DNA from: Trichoplax sp. H2
Lineage: Eukaryota
NCBI GenBank assembly: GCA_003344405.1
Contig: NOWV01000013.1
Span: 1-64,000 of the forward strand
Direction of reading: 5' to 3'
DNA: 64,000 nt
The notes below the pieces were generated by a model that had not been told where the DNA came from, made no database searches, and saw only the letters and a program-made list of their open reading frames with translations. This document shows positions 53,074 to 64,000 of the stretch, piece by piece; positions within the stretch are counted from its first letter, which is position 1, and each line of letters opens with the position of its first letter. A program made the translations under genes and the position numbers.

Positions 53074-56027
53074 TATGTAACAATCGCAAAGAAATAACTT
53101 CTATCGATTAATTTTTTTCTTCTTATAAAAACGTTGTCTTCCAATTTATCGTCAATTTCTTTGATGTGAGCGAAGATCAGGGCAAACAATAAAGGGAAAA
53201 TGAGTAAGAAATTATAAATGCTAAGCAAATATATGCTAAAAAATAGTTAAGGATGACTAAAGCTTGAGGTTGACATAATAAAATGACTCAAAGTAAAGCA
53301 TAACTGACGACAAAATGATATCATGCAGTAATTTGTATGCTGAATTATTGATAAGGATCTATTTTTTTTAAATTACTATCAGCTAAAGCCCACCTAAACT
53401 AATATTTAAGTTATTCCGTGACCACGTGAATTTTCCCAACTAATATTAATGGAGGCTTTCTAGTTATCTTTAATGTCAATAAGATAACACTAAGTAAATA
53501 TCGTCCATTCACGTCATACATGATTGTAAATTAAATAACGGAGTTTTTTATTCATTAATGCCTTTTTTCTTTATTATTTTATTTCTTATACTTTGATCAC
53601 TATGCTTAAAACATGACTTTAAAATCATCTACAATGGTAGTATGAAATATAGGCAGAAATGTGTTATTTCGACGGCAATGATTCATTTACTTTATACAAT
53701 TTCAAGCATTGTATCTTTATTGGTGAAAAGAAATGATTCCGATAAAACTAAGAAATAAAAAAATTTTAAGAATGCTTAGAGATCGCAGTATTTATGGATT
53801 TATGTCTTAAAATCAACTGAAAGTATGCATTATTTAACTACGTATTTTACTTTATGTGAATTTAATTTGGCCAACATATTGCGTGGATTCTTCTCCGCTA
53901 ACAAAGAATGCCGTCGACTTATCCATTTATCATCTAGATCATTAAATGATTTGAGCTCTGTGGAGATCGGTTTAATTATTAAAATTGATAAATTTTGCAT
54001 GTACAAACCACTCATTAAATTATACTGGTCTGAAGTAAAACATTCTCCAGTGCTATTAACTACGTAAAAAATGGATTAAAAATGAAGAAGGGATAATTCA
54101 ACCTACACTGCATTAATTCTTAATCTGTTGACATAAAATATTTACACCATTTGTTAATCTAATCTTACACCTACTCTTGACATTACTATAAAGTTATTTT
54201 TTACATTATGCCTCATCCGCATTCAAGAACGCTAACATTTAAAAGATTTTAATGTGACTCTTTATTGCCTACTACCCCGAGGAAATGGTTGGTTCATCGT
54301 GAAACTACTATATTCATATTGGAACAATAGAATGGAATGAGTTATAAACGTTAATATCGCAGCTAGTAATCAATAAATAATATCATAATGCCTAAAAAAT
54401 AAGCGGAAATCTTATTAGCTTTCTTTCAAAAGTGACTGGATTGAGATGAATACGATTGAATATAGTTATTCAGTAACAGTAGTATACAAATGCACTGTTA
54501 AATTAAGAGTATAACTGATCCCATATGTATTAGTAGCGAGCACTCTAAACACTAATGTACGAATATTATGTTAAGAAGATAAAAAATTGGTTAACTAAAA
54601 TTTATTAAAAAAGGAGTCGAAACGCTCTAATATTCCCCCCCCCCTTAACATTATATTAATATGATGAAAATTGATTAACTAGCGTTATATTACAACTGTA
54701 GTCGACTACATCATCTTCATGGCTAGTATCGTATCGAAGCAGAGGCTGGATATCATTACTTGGATAAAACCAACGCTTTACTACTTAGCCAGTAATATCT
54801 CTTTCATTCTTAAATTACTTAAAATTGACTATATACTATTAATTAGCTTGTTATTGACTGTATCGATGTATAGGTCACGATGCCATCTACAATAGATGAA
54901 ATCGATCCTTATATTGATACATCGTACTTAATTTATGCCTTCTATATTTTCTACATTGAACCACTTATTCAATAATATTATGCAATATAGTTATACTGTA
55001 GCCTACACCAGGTTAAAGCAAAGGCTAGTGATAGCTATCTGACGACTGATATCTTCTCTTTTATTTTAAATTACCTAAATATTATCAATTTTAATTTATT
55101 AGCTGTAGCTATGGTCATGCTTATACCTTCCAAAACGGATGAAATCACTTTTACCTAACCAATATAACGCGTACTGGCATACGTTGAAAGAAGCAGTGAT
55201 AATAACAGCTTACAATATTTCATCTACTGTACATTAGCAGTTCCATATTGAATCAGAAGACGGTTTTTGTAGATCAATTCTCCGCGTAAAACCTTAGAGT
55301 CAAACTCCAACTTATGATCTTTGCATATTGTCCATATAACAGTCTGTTGTACCGATTTACATTACAAAGCGATTACCAAATAAGAATCAACCCTACTCTA
55401 TTTATGTAATTATCACATTCTATCCTCGGGCTAATCTATTACACAGATATATTATAAAAAATAAGATTGCTAAACATCTCGGCGTAATTATTATCATGCA
55501 TAGGAATCTCGAGATTGCATCTAAAAAGCTAAGTTTAATCTATCAATATCAAACCGCGATATGAATAATTAAGTAATTAAAAAAATCTTTCTTAACATAC
55601 AAAAGATCTATTGTGAAAGGAAGTAGGTATGATATCATCATAAGATAGTTATCAGCTTAATATTGTAGCTTATTGGAGATTAAATTAAATCTTAATACAC
55701 AAAATTGCAAATTATTCTAGGTTTTTATTCAATTTTTGCTGTTTTTAAATTCTTTAAAAGATCTTAACTAATCATTCCTATAAGATTATTAAATCATTAA
55801 AGAGTAAATTCCTAATATCATCGCTGCTATTGGCACTTTGAACTAGGCACTTGATAGAATCTTTACATCAATTCTTGTATGGTAACAATTACCAGTACCG
55901 CATGCTATAATATCCATGTGCTAATTAATAATTACAAAATTTTCATTACTTTTCGTAGCATGGTATTCTCTAGCTCTCTAGGTTAGGTTATCACAGGTAT
56001 ATTATCATAAGAAATTATATATCTTCT

Positions 56028-57382
56028 TTAATTGAATATCTTAATGTAGGTAGCTAGCAAAAAACATGCTAAGTATGATGCTAAGTATGATAGAGTAGAG
56101 TCCATGGGGATTCCAACTGCAGCTCCATGAGATGCCGTCGTAGTACCTGTTAGAAGTGTGCATGTAGGCACAGTTATTCCAGCCGACCTATAAGCCTCTC
56201 CGGAAGGCGTGCACACTGTTGTGCTATTTGAATCAGGATACGCCGAGCAATTATAAATTATTCTATAGCTATTTTGAAGGCTACTTGGTAAACTGTAAAT
56301 GAAAGTGCAAAATAAGAGTTAAAATAGAATGCAATCAAAGGAATATAATCAAAATTAGATGCTTAACTAATGACCTAGTTTGCATATTAATACAAAAATT
56401 TGAGATCTGTGAATAATGGATGTACTGAGGGCTTACCAATTGATAGCATCTTGACATTGCTGTTTAGTTACAGCTGAAAGTACTGTAGTCCTATCGCTAC
56501 TACAGGATGGAATAAGAACGCAAGCTATATTGGTCCATTTAGTTCCACAAGTGCTGGTAACTGCCGCGTTAGAGAAAGCTGTTTGCAGTGCAGAAATTGC
56601 CACTGCACGAGCAGCTAAGTTTTCCACTGAATAATAATATGGAAAAGTAATGTTTGCCGGTAGTGCTTCGCAATATTGAGAACTGAATGTTCCTGCTTTA
56701 AATTTAGAACATGTTCTTAAACTAAATGTTTTTCCTGATTCATAGAATGTATTGTAAAAATGATTGGGGACCAAGGTTAGGAAAGTTACTACCGCAAGAG
56801 TTTAGTGCCGAACAAGCGCTTTGAAAATTTCTATTAGTAGCTGTTGAAGAATCTGCGGAACACTTGGGAAAAGCTCCTCCACAGAGAATGATCTTTAATG
56901 CATTAGTGCAATTGCTACTTAATGTGTGTTGCAAAAGAGAGAAGCTCAACTGAACCGCAGAAAATGTAGCACCAACAGTGTCAACATAATATGTTGGCGA
57001 GTTATAATCCGTGCCACAAAATGATCTGACGGAACTGGGCAATCTTTTACATTCACCCAAATTACCGTTTACCCGACGACAGGTCGACTACTTCGGATTT
57101 GTCTAATATGCTCAACTGCCTAAATAGAGCATAATCGATAAATTATAGGTGTATAGATATTGCATACAGAATATTACTTTAAAATCGACACTGTAATATC
57201 TCATTGATACAAAAGTAAACAAACGCATATTAAATTCGATATAGAATACTACCTACTCGCGACTTGAAATATTTTAAATACTCTACCTCCATAGCTAACT
57301 GTTCTTTATCTTTTAATGCTTCCCCTATGTTTGCCTTTATAGCCAAAAGGATAGCAAGTGTAGTTAACAAGAATTTCAACAT
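56028..57382 (-). pseudogene. Frameshifted paralog of the double Frizzled-like CRD gene
   Basis: Exons ~57382-57287, 57119-56437 and ~56293-56028. Relative to the 60546-61896 copy there is a 4-nt deletion near 57073 giving an immediate TAA, and a +1 insertion near 56748. Confidence 0.75.
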
Positions 57383-60300
57383 CTTGATTTCTGCAAATAG
57401 ATACGAGTTCGTATTAAAATTGAGAATATGGAACGATAGTATAATAGCTTCAACAGTGAGACCCCTATAATCTTAAGAAGGATGACGGCGTAGACGTAAG
57501 TAGACTGGCGGAGTAGTGGTGTCAAGGATTACATTTAAACAAGTTATCTAACTTGTTTACAGCATAGCGATTGCGCACAACATCACTTAACACGTTCAAA
57601 AGTTAATATGAGAATAAATCTCTATGATTAATATTATATTCTACGAAGCTGAAATCAACATACTTAGATTTTGGTATTATTTAAGTTATATCTAATTTGC
57701 TGCTACGTATCATGTTGATAACAACAGCTTCACTACAACTTTATGGTCCTAAGTTACAATATGCGAAGAACCGTTGCTCGTTAATACCAGTCAGAACTGA
57801 TTAATTTAATTACAATGATCGTTCCTATATATCATGGCCACTTTAGCATGGTGCAATTATTACTATTCTAATCAAGTATTTCGATGAACGACTATGGCTT
57901 ATTGCCTGCTTGGAATAAAACTAGCGAACAACAAGCTACATGAGATAATTCATTCACAAAATCATCGCAGGGCTAAGCTTTACAATACCTTTCTATGGAG
58001 CCTATAATTTAATGAAGTTATGATTAGCATGAGCGGCCACTAGAATGAATCCAATCACATTTAAATATTCTAAATAAAGGGCAAGTATCCCAATATTGTT
58101 TGTATTGAAGTTAATTAATATTATTAAAATATAAGTATTTGTTTCTTTAAGCGATATCTTCCTGCATTCTAACGATTACTGACATCGACGTGTGATTTTT
58201 GTTTTAACTTGGATCGAATACGGAATAAACCAATGTGAAATCTACTACCGCTATTCCTATTTGTTTCGCGATATAGATAATTTCGACGACGTCGAAAACT
58301 GAACAAGATGATTGGTGTTCAAATCTGAATTTAGAGAAACTAAATTTTACCAATAATAAAAAGTAAACAATTTAGACATGCAATTAACTGACTATGCATG
58401 ACTATCGATGAAGTTAGGTAAATTTTAATTACATATTTCGATTTCTATAAAGTAGATCAGACTACCAACAAAATCAGTCTGGATTACTTCGCCAGAACAA
58501 TATGCATCTTGGTAGAGCTTACATGGATCTAGTTGGTTTAGAAGTTATGTACGCGTATGCGAGCATTATAAAAGCTTTAAATGTCGTTGTCAGTAGTCAA
58601 ATTACAATCAATTACTCAGTTAATAAGAATAAATCTACGTGTACACCATAGAAATATATTTACTTCTTTATATGAACGCACTATTTAGTGATTATTGATA
58701 ACATTTACTTGCCATCCTGCTATAGAAGTAGACTATATTAATTTAGTTATTAATGTAGTTGAAATAAAGAGAACTGCTAATACTATCGGTTGCCGTTACT
58801 AATTATACATCTCGGTGATTACGAATGAAGGATTTCAAATGGTACAATTGACAATTCTTGTAACAAGTAATCGTTTTATCGTTTCAAGGAGTGTAAGAAA
58901 CTGAATCACATTATTGCAGACATTTTACGGTGAAGCTTCGCTTAAACGGAGTTAAAATTAGGACAGGCATAATATCCATATTAAAGTTTATCATCAGACT
59001 AGTCTTTACCAAAAAAAAGTATGTCTAGTATTGCATTAATGATCTACGTATCAGATTTGATAGAGCAGTCTCTAGAATATTTTTAACGGGCAACAGTGTA
59101 TATTTGGCAGTCCGAAATAACTTGTAACAAAATGCTAGTTGTATTGGAATACGATATTTAGCAATGTCTTAATTATAATTAATTACCGTACCAACATAAT
59201 TATAATCTTCGTGTTACTTACGTTAGTCAATTACCATTGATAGTTAATTGGTAAAATTAAACGGGCACGTCACCATTAACTTTATTTCTCGCTAAGTAAA
59301 TAACGCTAATAGATTAGATTATTTTAAACGAGAGTACCATATCGTAGTATTGTTCTGATTTTCTTGCCATACTATCTTCTCGTGGATGTATATTAAGATT
59401 AATTATTGATTAGTTTGTTGCAATTTGTATTGAATATTAAAATCAATGTTTACTTTTAACGCTATTAGATTCAGCAGTAAATTGCATAGCATATAATAGC
59501 AGAGTTTTGAAGTATATTTCAGCCGATTACTTTTGACGAATAACAAAAAGGTCGCTTGCAAGCTATTTAATTATACAGTAAATTCTATTGAGGAATTAAT
59601 CACTCAAATACCTGTTACCATTCATTCCATATACAGTACTGTATAGCATGCAATCGATCGTTTAATTAATTATGATGTTGTTGGCTATTCCTAATAATTA
59701 CAAGAAATTTTGAATCATGTTTCACCCAGGTTCACTAGTATATCGATCGGAATACACAAGTATTTTGTTGCTTACAAGCACGCACGCTGCCCCTGCAGTA
59801 GTATCCTGTACCGATATACATTACAAGATGGATAAATAAATAGGAATAAACTCTATTTTTGTTATTTGTATGTGCTATCCTTATGCTAGCCTATTACACA
59901 GATTGTTGAACATCTCGGAATAATTATTATCATATATAGGAGAAATCTGAAAAGTAAAGTATAATTTATCAATATTAAAATTGGATATAAATAATTTACG
60001 GATTGTAATGTAATCGTATGTAATCGAAAAAGTCTTCCTTAATATAAAAAATTTATTGTGTATCGAAATAGGTATAGTATCATCATAAGATCATTACTAG
60101 CTTAATGCTGCAGCTTATTAGGGATTCTATTAAATCGTAATGCACCAAATTGCAAAATATTCTAGATTTTATTCAATTTCTACAATTTTCTTAAGCCATC
60201 AAAAGATCTTAACTGATTAATCAGTCCTATAAGATTTTTAAATCATTTAAACGCAATTTCCAGATCAATACTGTTCGCGCTTTGAGCTAGGTAGCTTATA

Positions 60301-60545
60301 TAATTTTTATATCAATTCTTGAATGGTGACAATTATTGGTACTGTACGTATAATATCCTAGTGCCAATAAACTACTTTACAAAATTTTTATTACTTTTCC
60401 TAACATTGTATTCTCTAGCTTTCTAGATTAGGTTAGAACACGTATATTGACATAAGAAATTACATATATCTCCATGCTAAAATGCTCTAAATTATGTCAT
60501 CAGTATAATACTGGTGCACGTAATTAGCCAGGCCTAATTCTTTCT

Positions 60546-61896
60546 TTAATTAAATATCTTAATGCAGGTGGCTAACAGAAAGGATGCTAAGTATAGCAAA
60601 GCAGAACCCATGGTCATTCCAGCTGCAGACCCTGTTTGGCCTTGAGTTGCCACGGTAGCAGCCACACCTGTTGGAAGTGTGCATGTAGACGCAGTTACTC
60701 CAGCCATCTTATAAGCCTCACCGGGAGGCATACATACAGTTGCACCACTTGAATCAGGATAATTCGCACAATTATAGACTGAGCTCAGGCTATTTTGAAG
60801 GCCACTTGGCAAGCTATGAATGAAGATAGAAAGTAAGAGTTAAAAATAGACTGCAATCATAGGAATGTAGTTCAAAATTGATGTTATACACCTATTATGT
60901 ATATTAATAGAAAAATTCGAAATCTACGAATATTGGATGCACTCTGGGCTTACCAATTGATAGCAGCTTGACACTGTTGCCTAGTCACAGCAGTAAGTTG
61001 CTTAGATTTGTCGCTACTACAGAATGGAGTCAAAACGCAAACCATATTAGTCCATTTAGCTCTACAACTATTGCTAACTCCCCCGGTAGAGAAAGTTGTT
61101 TGTAGCGCACTAATTGCTGCGCCTAGAGTAGCCATATTTTGCAGTAAATAATTTGGAAAAGTAATGTTTGCCGGTAATGCTCCACAATATTGAGAGTTCA
61201 ACGTTGATCCACTAAATTTAGAACACGTTATCAAACTAAATGTTCTTCCCGATTGCTTACAGTATTGTGAAAATGATTGGCTACCAATGTTAGGGATGTT
61301 AATGACACCGCAAGAGTTTAGTGACGTACATGCGCTTTGAAAATTTCCAAAGGTAGCTGTTGAAGAATCAGAGGAACACCGGGGAAGAGCTCCTTGGCAG
61401 AGAATGGTCTTTAGTGCATTAGTACAAGTGCTACCTAATGTTTGTTGCAATAGAGAAAAGCTGGCCTGGAGTGTAGAAAATATAGGACCAATACTATTAA
61501 CATAAGTGGCTGGTGAGTTATAATCAGTGCCACAAAATGATCTGGCGGAACTGGGCAATCTTTTACATCCAGCAGAATTGCCGCTTATCCAAGCGACGAT
61601 AGGTTGAGTACTTCGGATTTGTCTAATATGCTCAACTACCTAAATAGAGCATAATCGATGAATTACATTTATTACTTAAAAAATATAACTCTAAAATCGA
61701 TACTGCACTATGTCATTGATGCAGAAATGAACAAACTTATATCAAATTAGATATAGAATAAGAGTATCTACTCGCGCTTAAAATATTCGAAATACTTCAC
61801 CTCCATAGCCAACTGTTTTTCGTCTTTCAATGCTTCTCCTCTATTTGTAGTTGTAGCCAAAAGGATAGCAAGTGTGAATAAGATCGATTTCAACAT
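60546..61896 (-). CDS. Secreted/GPI-type protein with two Frizzled-like cysteine-rich domains, ~349 aa
   Basis: Exons 61896-61801 (donor GAG|GTGAAG inferred), 61639-60954 and 60813-60546. Signal peptide, RQIR, CTNALKTILCQGALPRC, CRAKWTNMVCVLTPFC...YNCANYPDS, a Thr/Ala/Gly-rich stalk, then GSAAG and a terminal hydrophobic stretch. Confidence 0.78.
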
Positions 61897-62849
61897 CTTG
61901 ATTTCTGCAAAAAGATACGAATTCGTATTAAAATTGAGTATATGAAGGATTTGACACAGAAAATTAAAACATTCTGCAAAAGATTTGACCTATATTAAAC
62001 TGCCCTTTGTCAACTTTCAATATTTTTAATTTAAAGTAATCATACCAGTGGAAAAATTTGTCTAGCTAATAGAAATACAATCTTATATCATTTTCTATTA
62101 ATCACTATTTGAAAATCTTTAACATACTCCTACTGTCACAAATGGATAGATGTTTTTCAAAATCGGTCGTAAATTGAAATCGACCAATATAGCTAGGAAT
62201 GATTCCTTCTTAATTAATAAGCAAATTATGATGGCTTTACTCACTAATTTTATAAATCTTTCAAGCCGGTCACGGATTAAAGTCTACTATGACACTACTG
62301 CGTCTGATTATGCGTTAAAGAGTAAAATTATTATGCCTATGCAAAGTATTTTTACATCAATGCAGTACAAATTTTAAGGACTTTATTACTCTTGATATTA
62401 CATTTTACCATTGCAATGGCAATTTCGACAAGAATAGGGATCCATTGTGATTGAATCAAGATCATTGATAATGTAGTTTGTAGTAAAATTGTGGTATTAA
62501 ATGAGTCTATATCAAGTAATACGTGAGATCGCATTGGACGAAAGCGGCAATATTTCACAAAAAGGAATTGGCGATGTAGGGCACCTGAAAGTTTCAACTA
62601 CTAGAAAGTAAAATATTAATATAATTTATCGCAGCTGGTAATACTTAGTGTAAGGTGGCGTGCTACATTTTTTAGACGTTCTTTGCAGCTCTTAACGATA
62701 CTATTATTGCATTCCTGTGGAGCATTCTAGATAATATTTAACTTATTATCGTAGAAAAGATGAGAAATTCCTAATCATTGCCATGTTAATCGCAGTATTA
62801 ACGGTTTACTATACTCAGAAATATTATCTACTGATGATGCTATGTGCAT

Positions 62850-63016
62850 TATATATATATATATGTTACGGCCATTCCTAAGAATGATTTTGTCCTTAAA
62901 ATTGGTCACGGCCAATGCTAAGACTGCGGCCATTCTTAGAAATAACAATCAAATGACCGGTCATTCCTAGGAATAATGGACCATTCCTAAGATTGGCCGG
63001 AAATTCTTATAAGAAT
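62850..63016. repeat. (TA)n followed by ~6 degenerate GGCCATTCCTAAGA units
   Basis: Units near 62870, 62909, 62928, 62958, 62979 and 62997, with irregular spacing. Confidence 0.65.
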
Positions 63017-64000
63017 TATAAATAAATTCAATCTAGTGAGATAGAAGACATTGGTAAAAGGCTATAAAGCCAATTTAAATTAAAACAGATGAGATCTAGC
63101 TCCTATTCACGTAAAAAATTTTACTTATAAAAGATATTGATTAACAGAACCATGTGCGAGCTGATTAGTTATCTAGAAAAAACTTATCTCAAGCGGTATT
63201 TATGTCAAGCTATGATAACTTTAAAGTTAAAGATGTCGAAAATCTTCGTGCGGAATAAAAAGAACGAAATTGAATTGGCTTACCTTTGAACTTGGTACGA
63301 CTAAGTCTTCTTTAAATAGATTATAGCGTAGTTATTGAAACCTTATATAGAGCGCAGTTATTTGGAACTGATTAGTTTAACACTATTCATCAGAATATAT
63401 AACCAGTACTTTATTGCCGAGTAAATTCCTTTGATGACCTAATGGTATGACAACAATTCATGAGCTATAACGTAATTCTCATCATTTCGATAATATCTGT
63501 TTGTTTTCTGCTAATTTTCTGATAGGTCATTAATCCTATTGGTTGCCATCTATCTCATTATGCACTCGAACTTAGCAACTCCAATATAAGCAATAAAGGA
63601 CGAGATTATTCTTCCAATTCTGTTAACCACACCCTATGTTAGGACTTCCTCTATTTATTCTAAGATGCAGAACAAATTCTTTAACGATAAAATTAGCAAT
63701 TCATTATTTATGAATTTTACTTAGAATGCATAGATACGACACTTATCTGTACTACTTGTGTTTATGCTAAAACTAGTACTATTCAATCTTCTGCATAAAA
63801 CAAAACTTTTATAATTAAGTTGATACTTTATTTACTTTATTCTGCCACTAATAACTACTAAGTATTGATTAAATAACACAGAAACGACAGATATAATTTC
63901 ATGGATTAGCTATTACAGCATCAGACATTATAACGAGGTAATGACAACAAATTACAGCTATAATTATCATTGAGAGCAGTCCTTAACAGTTTTTATAATT

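Noticed and set aside
61760-61800. Apparent 1-nt frameshift at the end of exon 1 of the right-hand CRD gene
   Set aside because: An upstream phase-0 donor (ATG GAG|GT), present in both paralogs, keeps the frame and places the indel in the intron. RNA-seq is needed to be certain.

Overview
AT-rich, intron-containing animal genomic DNA with short GT-AG introns and compact genes. The style suggests a placozoan (Trichoplax-like) or other early-branching animal; this is inference only. From left to right: (1) A ~27 kb UDP-glycosyltransferase cluster with three intact 3-exon genes and four pseudogenes at different stages of decay. Nested inside it are a 4-exon SVIP gene that the ORF track misses and two tandem-repeat arrays. 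(2) A block of conserved genes: METTL25 (+), intronless TM2D1 (-), MEF2 (+) and HSD17B10 (-). The METTL25, TM2D1 and HSD17B10 5' ends carry dense TACAGTA/TACTGTA motif clusters, and the one at HSD17B10 forms a long hairpin. (3) A tandem family of three genes, one frameshifted, encoding secreted and probably GPI-anchored proteins with an RxxR pro-segment and two divergent Frizzled-like cysteine-rich domains. This family is the most novel-looking system in the window. No rRNA, tRNA or CRISPR array was found. Exon boundaries were read by eye and need RNA-seq confirmation.
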